Source: Eledone cirrhosa (Eukaryota). Taken from it: a stretch of 64,000 bases of DNA. The notes beneath the pieces are model-generated. The model had not been told where the DNA came from. It saw only the letters and a program-made list of their open reading frames with translations, and ran no database searches. Below, piece by piece: positions 47,132-60,960 of the stretch. The DNA is taken from the NCBI GenBank assembly GCA_964016885.1, contig OZ024747.1:31868001-31932000 (forward strand), written 5' to 3'. The position numbers and the translations under genes were made by a program. Within the stretch, counting starts at the first letter, position 1, and each line of letters opens with the position of its first letter.

Positions 47132-47978
47132 ACGTAAAGCCTAGAAACAATAGAAGAAACAGACAAAGAAAATACCTATGGTTCAACCCAATATTCAACT
47201 CCTCTATAAAAACTAGACTGCCCTCTACATTCTTTAAACTAATAGATAAACACTTCCCTATCTCGCATAGATATCACAAAATACTCAATAGATTTACTAT
47301 AAAACTCTCATACTCAACAGCAGCAAACATAGAATCACACATACGCAAGATCAACCACAGAAATATCTCTAGTAAATCAACTGCACCTATACATAACGTA
47401 GCACCAAACTATAAGCATAAACACATCACAACATCACAACCGCAAGCGCATACAAACGCGCAGCAGCAAAACCCCATTGGGCATATATCACAACCCACTT
47501 ATAACAGAGTACTAAACAGGAATGTAAAAGCTGCACAAAATAGCGCCTCAAACTGTAACTGTAACCTACCAGATAGGTGCCCATTGGCGAACAGATGTCT
47601 CGATTCGAGCCTAGTATACATGTGCACGGTCATCTCGGATAACTCCACCTGGAATTACATAGGATCCACCGCGGGTTTTTTAAAAAAAGATGGTATGTGC
47701 ACAGGCACTCAATGAAAGACCGTGCACTTATGGGTTCCACAACCCTCGCCAAAAAAATATGGGAACTGAAGGACATCAGCACTAACTACATTATTAACTG
47801 GTCGAAGTTGTCGGCTGCTAAAACCTATAGTACAGGTATGTCCCACTGCGGGCTATGTGATCTTGAACTAATGTATATCCTCAAAAATGTAAAAAGGCTA
47901 CTTAACAATAAGTTAGAAAGATCTATCTTCTGCAGACATAGAATTGCCACTAAATTCATAAGATTCAAACCTCCGTGA
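47128..47978 (+). pseudogene. Third Penelope-like element (another family): linker + GIY-YIG only, frameshift at ~47685; putative 3' UTR to ~49008
   Basis: YLWFNPIF..DKHFP..HRYHKILNRFTIKLSYS, CNCNLPDRCPLANRCL, LVY..YIG, CGLC..E, LNNK..FCRH. Begins and ends at (TA)n. Confidence 0.9.
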
Positions 47979-48667
47979 ATCGAACCAACACAACATAGCT
48001 TTAAATTAGGATACCCACTACCCACAGAAATATACTCATTAAGTATACTCTAGCCTTCACAAGTCTATACCACACAAATGTCTGTAAGTACATAATCAAC
48101 CCACAAACTTATTCCTTCTCAGCTGCTGCCATCATTTGATCCTAAATCCTAGTTTTTCTCAAATCACTACTACAATGTAACTTTACCTTCCTTTTGCCAT
48201 AATTACAATTAGCACGCTTATCTCATTGCATGTATGTATATTTTTGTACGAGTGTATATTGATGTGTATGTATGTGTCTATGTACACATGCATGTGCATA
48301 TATATATATGTGTGTGTGTATAAATATATGCATATATTACCTCCTTAACCTCTGTATTAACTCACCCACTATTTAACTTTGACAGTGTTGTCCCACTCAT
48401 GTATGTTATTGAAGATGAAAAGAAAGACTGTAAACACTGGCTTATCTTTATAATTTAAAATTGATACACACTTCGATACTCTGTACATGCCAAACTTTTA
48501 CTTCTGCCTCATGACAGCTAGTTTTACACACCGAAAGTAATGTCAGGGTCTCCTCAAATAATTTATTAATAGCATTGTTGTAATTGTTGTTATTGTTCTA
48601 ACTGAATGCCATTACTACTTCATATAGTAGCCTGTATATTCTTTTCTTGCCTGTGTATTCTCTTCAT

Positions 48668-48788
48668 TCTCGCATGCTCCGAAGAACTGACTGGTTATAA
48701 TTTTGTATTGGCGATCGAGTAACGTGAAAACAAGCGAATAGCGATCTCTAGACCTACCAGTTCAGAGAAACAATTGTCAGCTATGAGA
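48668..48788 (+). ncRNA. Type I hammerhead with a U4C core variant in the 3' region of the third PLE
   Basis: TCTCGCATGCT-CCGAAGA-ACTGACTGGT...ACCAGTTCAGA-GAAA-CAATTG-TC-AGCTATGAGA; GUC site. Confidence 0.7.
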
Positions 48789-49007
48789 TTAAAAACCTTT
48801 TTTGTATAGCAAACCATGTCAACCTTCTTTCCCGATTTATTATTACTCCAAGTGTTTACAACATAGGAATTACAGCATACCCGCAGCATCACTATGAAAA
48901 CGCCTTGTTGAGTCAAACCAAGCCAAGCGTTGATATCATCCACTACCTGGAATACCATAACTGGACTATACCTAATTGGACTGCATTTAACTGTTATTTG
49001 TTACCCC

Positions 49008-49053
<46 letters not shown>

Positions 49054-50508
49054 GCACAAGGTAGATCAGATGAGTTGATAATACAACTATATAAGGTAGA
49101 GAGATATATTCAAAGCTCGAATGAGATTTTACTATCCTCAGTATAATTTGCAAAAGACATTTCAGAGTTTAATCCAATTTGTAAATTTCCAGTCATAGTA
49201 GTTTTACAACATCACAGAGCATATATAAAAAGAATAAATATATAACCAGTGTTTAATACATTATTTAATTGATTTACATGCATCTCTTTCTTATACAGAA
49301 GGAAGTAGCATTTCAGTCCTTTGTATTGAATCCTTAAATAATACAAAAAGATATTTAATCAACGTTTTCCTGATTAGATGTAAAGTTGTTTACGATTTGA
49401 ATTTTTTCGTGTTTGGAGACATTCAGACATGCAATAAACTATCTTTTTATATTATTTAACGATTCTGAAGATTTCAAATCAAAAGAATAAAATGTTACTT
49501 CCTTATGTATTTGAAAGAAATGCCTGTAAGTCAATTAAATAATGTTATAAACCATGTTTATTTATTTATTCCTCATCATCGATTAACATCTATCTTCCAT
49601 GCTAGTATGGGTTAGACGGGTTTGTCCCATTTAGAGGCAAGTTGGGTCGGGTAACCGTGTCACTCATATAGGGGTGTTACTGGCTCGTTTTCTATGATTG
49701 GATGCCCTTCCTAGTGCCAACCATATTTACAGTGTGTGCTGGGTGCTTTTTGCCATGTCTTTTATATGTCCACTTTACAGTGTAGGCTGGATGTTTTGTG
49801 GTACCAGTATAATATATATACATGCACATATCATGATATACATATATATTTGCGTGCATATACATATACCATATATATATATATTAGGAGATGTCTGTGT
49901 ATTTGTATGTATGTGCATAATGTCAATGAGGGAGTGAGAGGGGAGAGAAAAAAAACAGGGAAGCACAGAATGAGAAAAAGACAGAAAGAAGAGAGAGAGA
50001 ACAAGTTTCTATAGAAGTTGAAAGAGAGGGGAATAGCGGGAGAGAAAGAGAGAGAGAGATGCTGTGTTTGATACTGTATGTATGTGTCAGTATAGATACA
50101 TGTGTGTGGAAATAAGAGGAAGGAAAGCAATAACTATTAATATGTGTGTGTGCGTGGCGTTCCACAGAAAGTAAAAACTATCAACATGTGTGAGTGTGTG
50201 CATATATGTGGACACGCGTGCGTACACGTGGATGTGTGTGTGTTCACGTTTGCATGCGTGTGTGTGTGTGCATGCGGTGTTCCACAATCGACATTTATTT
50301 TAATCACTTTTGTGTCACGTAACTTTCACTCCTTTTTTCATTTATTCCTCATTTTAATTTTCAAAAAAGTTTCTGAGAAAAATGTTCTCCCTCTCTTCAA
50401 GAGGAGACGTGGTAGATGGAGATGATCAGTATTCTACTGTGAAGCAAAGATGTGTACAGGTAGGCAGAGCAAGGTTACTAAAGACCCCTGCACAACGACA
50501 GTAAAGGC

Positions 50509-53500
50509 ATGAAAACGACCGGAGAACTGCTGTATGCAGGGTCAATGAGTTACAAGAGGCAAGAGAGAAACAGTTAGAACAATTACGTCAACAAAATGCA
50601 ATCCACAGAAGCCAAGAGTCAATAAAGGAAAGAGAAAAATATCTAAAGGGTACAAGACAAAGACAAGCTGCCAGAGTTACCAATGCGACAATAGGTCAGC
50701 GAAAGATTAGACAAAGAAAAAATCAGGAGTAAACAGTTGCTGCAAGACTTCGCCAATCCTCAGAGGAGAGACGTTAGCATCTTGATCAAGATAGGCTGAA
50801 TACGTTTAACAAAAGAGTTGCAAATTTCAAGTGGACTTGGAAAAGATCAGCTTTCAACTGTGATCCAAAACATGATTACTCTACAGAGACATTGATTGAT
50901 ATCGGAGCAATGTGAAAAGAGTGCAGTTTTTGGAAAGGAAAGAAATGGGAAAGAGAAATCGCCACTTTGTGCCGGAGAAACGGTTGATCTACCGACAATT
51001 GGTACACTTCCAGATACTTTGAAGGCATTGCTTTTGAGAAACACATCAAGGAGCATGCACTTCTTGAAAAACATTAGGAATTATAATTCTGCTTTCCAAA
51101 TGACCTCCTTTGGTAGCAATATTATAAGAGAAGGGAACATGAAGCCAACTTTTAAAGTTCAAGGTCAAGTATGCCATCGTATTGGATTTTTGTTGCCAAC
51201 TGAAGGTAAAGATCCTCAGTTTTTACAGCTATATTTTGTGGCAAATTACAAGGATAAGGCTTTGCAACGATCATCTAACCTTCCAAATTTGAAAGAAAAA
51301 TTGAAAAAAAAGTTAATCTTTGATCTGCAAGATATGTTGCATGCAAACAATAGCTACATCAAAAGATTTAAGTATGCATTATAATCTGCACTACCCACTG
51401 AATACAAGATAGTTATTGATGCAGACAAAAGGCCTGTCACTGGACTCGGAGGCTGCTACAATGCCCCTGCCACAAATAAAGTAGCAACAATTATTGCGGG
51501 CGGATAAATGCAACCCATCAATTATATGATGCACTCCAGTATCCATGAATCTGTGTATTTGGCTAAGATGGATATCACTTTTGTATTTAAAAAAAACAGA
51601 TCTTAAAACAAGAGGTCCTGCACTGACAAAAAACAGTAAGCTGCATGGAATTCTTCCACCAATATGCAGTTGATATATATATACAAAAATTGAAGGAGAA
51701 AGGCTTCTTTACATTAGAACACACCAGAAAGATCTACATGCATCAGATTATATTCACCTGAGAGATGCAATCAGTAATGAAGGAACATTGGCTGCTGATA
51801 ACATTGGACAGCTTTGTGTTATTCTTCCATCAAGCTTTACAGGAAGTCCACGGTATATGCATGAGCATACCTAAGATGCACTTACATGTGTCAGACACTA
51901 TGGTCGTCCAGACCTCTTCTTTACATTCACATGTAACCCAGCATGGCATGAAGTAAAGAGTGAGTTTTATCATCATCAGGAACCCAAAGATTGCCATGAC
52001 ATTATAGCTGATGGATCTCCTAAAAATTGTTGAAGTCTTTGGACCAGTCAAATGTGACATGTACACGATTGAATGGCAAAAAACGAGGTTTGCTACATGC
52101 CCACATTTTGATTTGGTTACATGAAAAACTTCGGCCAAATGATATTGATTTATTTATCTCATCTGTGTGTCCATCTAGAATGACCAAACAGCCTTACAGC
52201 AAGCACTTTCTGCAAAAGAAACTACCTTTACTGCATTTTTTAAGTTGTTTCAAGAAGATGAAGATGCAAGAAAACTCCTTTACCTAGAATTACCCAACTA
52301 TTACACCTGGAGAAACAATAAATAGCACAAGAAGAAACGTGGGGCTGACGCTCTTGCAAGAGTTTACAGTGTCCACCCAAGCCAAGCAGAATGCTAGTAA
52401 TTATGGCTCCTTTTGCATGAAGTACATGCTCCCAAATCATTTCAAGATTTGAGGAGGATAAATTGTCATGTGTGTGAAACTTATAGGGAAGTTTACTATC
52501 AAAAAGGTGTTTTTAGGAAATGATGATCATTGGGACCTTGCATTGACTGAAGCATCAGTGTCAAATTCTCCAAGGAAACCCCGTAACCTTTTTGCAATTA
52601 TACTGAACATGTGTCAACTTGGAAGTCCCTTACAGCTTTGGATGAAACATCGTGAGGACCTGGCTGAGGGTTTAAAGTATGCAGTTTAACAGGCAAATCC
52701 AGATATCAATATCCAGTTCTCTGAAAAAAATTAACCAAGAACTGATTTAGATTGAGGATCAAGTTTTGGCAAAGGCAAGCAAAAATTTGCAAGAGTCTGA
52801 TTCTGGACTGCCAAAAACAATCCGACAAATTAGTGGTTTAACTTCAAGAGACATAGCAAGAGAGATAAATTATGACATCATAGAGTTGGCTGCATTTGTG
52901 AATGAACATGAACCTAAACTTCTTCCAGAACAACGCTGGGCATATTATGAAATCCTTTTGTCAGTCAGAGAAAAAAGCGGAGGAATTTTTTTTCTTGATG
53001 CTCCTGGTGACACAGATAAAACATTTGTAACAACATTGCTTCTTTCCAAGGTAAGGCAACAAAAATGAATTGTAGTTGCTGTAACATCGTCTTGCATTGC
53101 TATCACCCTTCTCCCAGGAGGACAAACAGCTCATTCTGCTTCTAAATTACTGCTAACCCTGGTCACAAATGACAGTCCAATTTGTAACATAAGCAAAGGT
53201 TCAGCAGAAGTTTTGCATCAATGCCATCTGATCATTTGGGATAATGCACCATGTCACATAGAGGAGCAATGGAAGCTCTTGATAAGATCTTACAGGACAT
53301 AAGAGGCAACAATAAATCTATGGGAGGAGTTACATTAGTTTTATCAGGAGACTTCAGACAGACATTAGCAGTCATTCCGAGAGGAAGAAGAGCTGATGAA
53401 TAAAAGCATGCAATAAGTTTTCTCGCCTATGGAATAAAGTACAGAAATTCTCCTTTAATACTAACATCGAACTTTATTACATGGGGAACAATGTGCAGAA

Positions 53501-54491
53501 CAGTTTTCAACCCAATACCTTCAATTAGGAAATAGAGCAGTACCAATTGATGGGTATGGTTATATAAACTTGACTCATATTACTATCATGGTGAATTCCC
53601 CAGCTGAATTGAAGAACAGGGTATTTCCAGACTTAAGTAATCATTATAATTCATATAAATTGTTGTGTGAAAGGGCAATTCTTGCTAAAAGAAAATGAGA
53701 CAGTAGGAAGGATTAACCATGAATTAACGAATAAGATTCCAACAGTCATTAAGGAGTACAAATCAGTTGATTCAGTCCTTGATGGAAATCAAGCTGTCCA
53801 CTACCCAACAGAGTTCCTTAATTCTCTTGAGCCCCCTGGAACTCCTCCACATAAATTTTTCTAAGGGTAAGAGTCCCAATAATGCATTAAAGAAATTTAG
53901 ATCCTCCTAAATTATGCAATGGGACACCGTTGATTATGAAGACATTATCACCTAATATGATAGAATCTACCATCATTACTGGATGTGACTCTGGGAAAGA
54001 GGTTTTCATTCCAAGAATTCCAGTCAAACCAACAGACATGCCATTTGAGTTCAAACAAACACAATTCCCAGTACGACTTTGCTTCGCAATGTCTATTAAT
54101 AAAGCTCAAGGTCAGACTTTGAAATCTACTGGCTGGCAACTATGGAGCCTTGCTTTTCTCATGGTCAACTTCATGTTGGTTGCTCCAGGGTCAGTAGTTT
54201 ACAAGACTTATTGTCTCAGCTCCAAACCAGAAAACAAAGAATGTTGTTTACCCAGAAGCTCTTATGGAATTTCCTTCAACATTTGTGATAGAATTTATCT
54301 CCCTTCATAAAATTTGTAAATATTGTATTTTTGTTTTTTATTATTATTATTTTTTTTGTATTATGAATTCAGAATTGATTTTATCATGTATCCCAATTGA
54401 AGAACAAATTTCTATACAACATATTACGCTTTTTTCTTCTAATATATAAGGAGCAATTTCATTCCTGGTCAACGCTGGGTGACTGTGCTAG
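50509..54491 (+). mobile_element. Decayed autonomous-type Helitron (Rep/HUH + PIF1-like helicase pseudogene); 5' end not determined
   Basis: FLKNIRNYNSAFQMTSFG..FKVQGQV.HRIG..PQFLQLYF; KRGLLHAHILIWL (HUH motif 2); FFLDAPGDTDKTF (decayed Walker A); YPTEFLNSL; QFPVRLCFAMSINKAQGQTL. 3' CCTGGTCAACGCTGGG hairpin + CTAG|T at 54488-54491. Many stops and frameshifts. Confidence 0.93.
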
Positions 54492-54899
54492 TATGTAATA
54501 CACATAACATACATATATATACACACATAAATATATCATCAACCTTGTTGATTAGCGTCCATCATTCATGGGTAGGACGGATTGACGCTTGTTTAGCTCA
54601 CCTGGGGCAGATTTTGGCTTGGTTTCTACAGCTGGGTTCCCTTCTTACTGCCAATCACATTTACAGTGTGTGCTGAGTGCTTTTTGTCATGTCACCTAGA
54701 TAACCACTTTACAGCGGGGCCTGGGTACTTTTGTTTTGGGTCTAAGGAGGGGGCAAGAAGCTTAGGGAAAATGTGGAGAGGGTAGTAGGGGAGGTATGGT
54801 TACTGCTAAGGGAGGTGAATGAGAGGGGATAGAAGGTTGAGGAAGGTGTTGCCTACTAGTTATAAGCCTCAGCCTTAAATTAATAGAGGGCGAGTCTTC

Positions 54900-55345
54900 T
54901 GTAAAACTGCATAGTGCCAGAGGTCGAGATGCTGTGTCATTGCCTTTCAGAGGTGTAATTGTACAAGGTCAGCTTTCATTACCTCATCCCAAGTCTTCCC
55001 AGGCCTGCCCACGCCATGGTTACCATCACCTTTGAGCGCTCTGCATCTTATTATACAGCTGTCATCCTTTATACGCACCACATGTCCATACCAACACAAT
55101 CTCCTCTCCTTCATGTAACAGCTGATCTCTCTTATGCCTAATTTCTCATGCAGTATATTTATATTTTGCTGTTCACATATATTGCTATTGCACATCCAGC
55201 GAAGCATGGAGGCTTCATTTCTTTCCTATCTTTGCAGGTCCTCAGCACACAGTGCCCAGGTCTCGCTGCTGTGCAACATTGTTGTTCATATACATGCATC
55301 ATACAGTCTGCCTTTCATTTTGAGAGAAAAACCTTTTGTATAAAA
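54900..55345 (-). mobile_element. RTE LINE 3' fragment
   Basis: MLRWMCN..LHEKLGIREI..ERRLCWYGHVVR..GRPGKTWDEVMKAD. Confidence 0.85.
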
Positions 55346-55603
55346 ATGTGACATGGCAAAGAGCGGCTAGCCCACACTGTAAAGTGGTTGTGTAGGAGTC
55401 ATGACAAAAAGCACCCAAAACACTGTAAATATGGTTGGCATTAGGAAAGGTATGCAGCTGTAGAAACCAAGCCAGAAACAGTTCTGTATGAGCAAGACAT
55501 GATCACCTGACCCAACTTTTCTCAAACAGGACAAACCGTCTAATACATACTAGCGAGGAAAAGTGAACGTTAAACAATGATGATGATATATATATAAATA
55601 TAT

Positions 55604-55953
55604 AAATAAAGTGTCTTGCTCAAGGAAACAACACATCACCCAGTCTGAGAATTGAACTCACAATCGAAACGTTGTAAGTTCAATTCTCAGACCGGGTGAT
55701 GTGTTGTTTCCTTGAGCAAGACACTTTATTTCACATTGCTCCAGTTTGCTCAGCTGTAGAAATGAGATGATAGGGACTGGGGTCCCTATCATTCCACTGC
55801 AAAGTGGTCGTGGAGGTGCCACGGCAAAAAAGCACCCAGCCCACACTGTAAATGAGGTTGGTGTTAGGAAGGGCATCCAGCTGGAGAAATCAAGCCAGAA
55901 TCAGTTCCCATCCCACCCTTGCAAGCAGGGAAAAGCTGATGTAAAATGATGAT
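55604..55953 (+). mobile_element. tRNA-SINE with a folded-back 5' end (arms 55604-55663 and 55672-55731)
   Basis: AAATAAAGTGTCTTGC...GAACTCACAA-TCGAAACG-TTGTAAGTTC...GCAAGACACTTTATTT, then the normal SINE body and tail. Confidence 0.88.
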
Positions 55954-56109
55954 GTATTATATATATGTGTGTATGTGTGTGTCCATATCAATATATATAT
56001 ATATGATGTATTATATATATATATATATGCCTCTCTATGTGTGTGTGTGTGTCCATATTATATATAATGCCTCTCTATGTGTGTGTGTGTCCATATCAAT
56101 ATATATATA

Positions 56110-56452
56110 TCATCATCATCATCATCATTTCATTTTACGTCCGCTTTTCCCTGCTTGCAAGGGTGGGATGGGAACTGATTTTGGCTTGATTTCTACAGCT
56201 GGATGCCCTTCCTAACACCAACCTCATTTACAGTGAGTGCTGGGTGCTTTTTAGCCGTGGTGCCTACACGTCCACTTTACAGTGTGGGCTGGGTGCTTTT
56301 TTGCCGTGGCACCTCCACGACCACTTTGCAGTGGAATGATATGGACCCCAGTCCCTATCATCTCATTTCTACAGCTGAGTAAACTGGAGCAATGTGAAAT
56401 AAAGTGTCTTGCTCAAGGAAACAACACATCACCCGGTCTGAGAATTGAACTC
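56110..56452 (-). mobile_element. tRNA-SINE, same family, 5'-truncated at the B box
   Basis: Reverse complement of the 44262-type copy. Confidence 0.88.
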
Positions 56453-57858
56453 ATCATCATATATATGATGATTATTTCATCTTATCGAATGACAGCCGTC
56501 TCATTGCTCAATGTTCAGTCAAGTACCATTGTCATGCATCCTTGCATGCTTCAACCAACTATAAACTACCAATTGTAAACTTGGAAGAACACAAGTATCA
56601 AATATAGAGTGTGACATGTCACATCATGTAGTTCACAGATGTTTTTTAGTGTACAGTATTTATTAGGTGTAGTATCAAGTGGGAACAACTGCCATTAAGT
56701 TATTGCTGAAAAGTTCCTTTAATTTCAATTCTGCAACTGTCTATGCCTTTTACTCTTTATTTACTAATCCGGCCAAAACTGGCTCTGGTTCTATGAAATA
56801 AAACCACCCATTTTAAAAGGTTCTAATTTAAATTAAAATTTTCCTGCATAATTTTATATAAGAACCTTACATTAAGTTAATATCTGAGTAATGACATAAT
56901 TGATAATTTTAGTAAATCCCTCAAAATTCTGCATTAATTGTTTCAAATAGAATGTATTCCATTAGAAATGCAGTCATGAAAGAGTTAAAAGTTATCACCC
57001 CAGTCTTTATAAATTAGGTAGCAGCATTCTATTATATGTACTGATGAAACATTCAAATATTGTTGTGCTACCTCCTGTTGTTCCGAGTCACAAGAAAGTA
57101 ATTTAAAATTTTAAAATGGTGAGTAGTATTGATTAAGATTTTATTGACCTGCTTTTGATTCTTTCTATTAGCACTTTCAATACTTTAGCTGTTTTTAAGG
57201 TCAATTTCATTTAAGACATTCCGCTATTCATGAATTAGTCTTATGCCTATGTAATATTATTGCTCAGAGTGAGGTGTAGTGTCTTTTACTCATCTTCTCC
57301 TTTTCTTTCATTGCTTGATTCTTTCTTTTTTCTTTTTTTCATTTCTTTCTAATTCTTACATTTTTGTTCCCTTTAACAGTGTGTTTTGTTTCTGTATAAA
57401 CAGCTTTTTTTAAAATAAACACAAATGTTATCCACTTATAGTTCTAGTTTCTATCTATCTTTGGAGGTCAAATCTGCCCAAATTAACTATGCTTTTAAAC
57501 TTTCAGATTTGATTAACATGTTTATCAACTACATTACTACCACATGAACCATCAATCTTTTGAGCTTCAGGTCTGAGTAAAGCTGGTGTTAGATTCGAGC
57601 TAGATGTAAAATAAGGGGCCCCCACATAATGTTGATAATAGGCCTGGGCCAGAAGTAAAATGGGCCAGAAGTAAAATGTAGACCTCATTTTAAACTGCTC
57701 ATTAAGTATTTTAGTCATTTAGTGTAAAATACATATAATTTATGTATCAGTTACAGATATATATATGTGAAGTGGATAATGTAATTACAAGTAACAGAAC
57801 AAAATATAGGAAGTAGAAAAAGGGCAGTAGTCCCATTCATGTAGGCCCTTGTCTCCTA

Positions 57859-57903
<45 letters not shown>

Positions 57904-57960
57904 TAATGATTTCATACAATCGCACAATAATAAGTGCATAAACAGCAATAACATTAACCA

Positions 57961-60960
57961 TGTAGGGGCTGCGCACGGTAGTGAGGTAGCTGGTGCGGCC
58001 ATGTGTAAGAACCCCCGACCGTCATCAAGCAATCGCACAACAAGAACAAGAATATGAAGACGTAAAATCTGAGAGTTGCCACACTTAATGTTGGCACGCT
58101 GACAGGTAGATCTGGTGAGATAGTGGAGGTGCTAGAGAGAAGACATGTGCATGTGTCATATCTCAGGGTTTCCACACTTAATGATGGCACCCTGACAGGT
58201 AGATCTGGTGAGATAGTGGAGATGTTAGAGAGAAGACATGTGGATGTGTGCTGCGTGCAAGAGGTGAGATGGAGAGCTGCCTCAGCAAACATCTTAGTTA
58301 TAAGCTTCTCTGGGTAGGTAATGATGATGGGTTAGGTGGAGTGGGCATTTTACTGGCCGAGAGGTGGATCGATAAGACAATAGAGATAGTTAGAGTCAGT
58401 AATAGAATAATTAAGATTAGATTATTTTAGGCAAGAGACTGCTGACAATCATCTCTGCCTATGCTCCCCAGGCGGGCCTAGGTAAAGAAGAGAAAGACTG
58501 CTTTTACGAGCAAGTTTAGAAACAGCAACGATGACAGAGGAGTCGTTGTGCTAGCAGGTGACTTCAATGTTCATGTTGGACAGCTCCAGGATGGATACAC
58601 TGGGGTACATGGTGGGCACGGTTATGGCTCAAGAAACGAAGGAGTGCAGTTTCTTGAATTTTGTGATGCGAGTGCACTAACCATTTGCAACACTAACTTC
58701 AAGAAGCCTACCAACCACCTAATAACCTACAAATCAGGCACGCACATAGGCCAGATTGACTTCTTGCTAGCTACACAGCGAGACAGATTGATGGTGTCAA
58801 ATACTAAGACATACCCGGGGAAGAATGTACTCCACAGCATAGGTTAGTCGTTAGTGACATCTCAATAAGCAAGAGACAAAATGAGACATACAGGAAGGTG
58901 TGGAAAAGAAAAGTCTGGAAACTAAAAGACCTTTCACTAAAATATAAATTTAGGAAAGCCCTTCAAGATGTGTATGACGAGAAAGAAGACGTTTTAGAAT
59001 CATATGACATAGATGATAACTGGAATTTCTTGTGTGATAACTTACTACAGGCTACTGAAGAAACTTGTGGCTGGAGAAGAGCTCTGGCCAGACAGAGAGT
59101 GATCTGGTAGTGGAACAGCACGGTAGATAGGGCCATTAAAGACAAAAGACTAGCATGGAATGCTTGGAAAAATGGTGAGAGTAGGGAAGGATACATAACC
59201 ACTAAGAGAGAAGCTAGACGTCAGGTGTACTTAGCACGCATGGAGGCTAGGAGTAGGAGGTTTGCAATGTCCTGCGATGGGAAGATCAGAGACGTGCAGT
59301 GTTCCGCATTGCAAGGCAGTGTGCCAATGTAAATCAGGATGTTGTTGGAGAAAAATGTGTCCGGAATGATGCTTGAGTACTTAGTGTCAATAATGATCAG
59401 AAAAAGGAGGCCTGGAAATGTCATTATGAGAGAGTGATGAATGTGGAGAACAAATAGGAGAGAGAGAAACTACCCCCAATAGACCCAACAGAGGGACTGC
59501 TGGACCGTCAGGCGTAGTTGCTGAGATACTGAAAGCGTCAGGAGAAGTAGGAACTAAACTGGTTGCATGCATCATCAATCAAGCTATATATGGCGGTATC
59601 ATACCCAAAGACTGGTGCAGCAGTATTCTCATAAATTGCTACAAAGGTAAAGGGGGTACTCTGGAAAGGAGCAATTGAAGAGGCATCAAACCGATGCATC
59701 AGGTTATGAAAGTGGCAGAGAGAATATTAGCGCAACTGATTAGAGAAAGGGTAAAATTAGATGAGATGTAGTTTGGTTTTGTGCCTGGGAAAAGTACAAC
59801 AGATGCCCTCTTCTTTGTGAGACGACTAGAAGAGAGGTTCTTAGAGAAGAACAAGTCAGTATATTGAGCTTTTGTTGATCTAGAGAAATCCTTTGAGAAG
59901 GTACCTCGATCTGTCATCTGGTGGTCCCTAAGGAAACTAGGTGTAGAGAAATGGCTTGTGAGGACAGTGCAAGCTATGTACAGGGATGCTGTCAGTAAAG
60001 TGAGGGTAGGAATGAAGTTTAGTGAGGAATTCCAGATACAGTGTTCGTTCCTCAGCCCGCTCTTGTTCATTATAGTCCTCCAAGCCATAACAGAGGAGTT
60101 TAAGACTGGCTACCCATGGGAACTTCTCTATGCTGACGATCTGGTTCTTATAGCAGAAACAGTAGAGGAGCTAGAGAATAAATTCTGGCTATGGAAAAAA
60201 CAGTTGGAATCAAGAGGTCTGAGAGTGAACCTAGCTAAGAATAAAGTGTTGATAAGTAGAAAAGAGGACAAAACTCTGATCCCATCAGGGAAATGGCCAT
60301 GATTCGATATGTAGGAAAGGAACTGGCATAAATTCTATAACATGTACGCAATGCAGATATTGGGTGCACAAGAGATGTAGTGGGATAGCAGGCAAACTAG
60401 CTGGTAGGGAGAAATAGATATGCAGTAGATGTACAAGGAAATTAGACAGTAGAAGTCGCAGTGACAGACACATTTTTCAAATGCAGGTAGGTTCTATAGC
60501 TTCCGGTTCTATGCAGGTAGGTTGATAGCTTCCGGGACCTAGGTGATCAGATTAGCATGGGAGTGGGGTGTTCCAAGGCTATAGTATCTAGAAGAAGGAC
60601 GGGGAATTTCAGGGAGCTGCTTCCTCTGCTGACAAAGAAGGGTACGAAAGGCTGGTTATATGATGCCTGTGTGGGATGCACAATGCTGCATGGTAGTGAG
60701 ACATGGGCAGCAACTGCGGAGGATATGCGATAGCTGGACCGAAATAAAGCAACCATGCTCCATTGGATGTGTAATGTCAATGTGCGTGAATGACCAAGCA
60801 TAAATGAATTGAGAGAGAAACTGTGTATTAGAGGGATAAGTTGTAGTGTACAGGAGAGAAGACTGTGATGGTATGGACATGTGATACGCAGGGAGGATGA
60901 CGGCTGAGTAAAGATGTGCCAAGAAATGCCAGTAGAAGGAAGACCACGAAAAACATGGAC
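57961..60960 (+). mobile_element. Near-full-length decayed RTE LINE (APE endonuclease + RT) with a 93-bp tandem duplication at the ORF start
   Basis: LRVSTLNDGTLTGRSGEIVEMLERRHVDVCCVQEVRWR, GVGILL, LAGDFNVHVG, QIDFLL, LSPLLFIIVL, LLYADDLVL, GLRVNLAK. CCACACTTAATG at 58079 and 58172. Multiple stops and frameshifts. Confidence 0.93.

Noticed and set aside
49060-49490. Further HHR-like cores (CAGATGA at ~49068, CTGATTA at ~49370, CTGAAGA at ~49465; also near 4236 and 48508)
   Set aside because: Too degenerate: the GAAA box or stems are missing and they cannot be told from chance in AT-rich DNA.
57503-57718. 71-aa ORF with a signal-peptide-like start
   Set aside because: Contains a short tandem duplication (GGGCCAGAAGTAAAATG) and looks like a decayed repeat; no supporting homology.
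57961-58030. HDV-like ribozyme at the RTE 5' end
   Set aside because: Crossing pairings GGGG/CCCC and ACGGT/ACCGT exist, but there is no room for P4 or J4/2 with the catalytic C, so the fold is not supported by eye.
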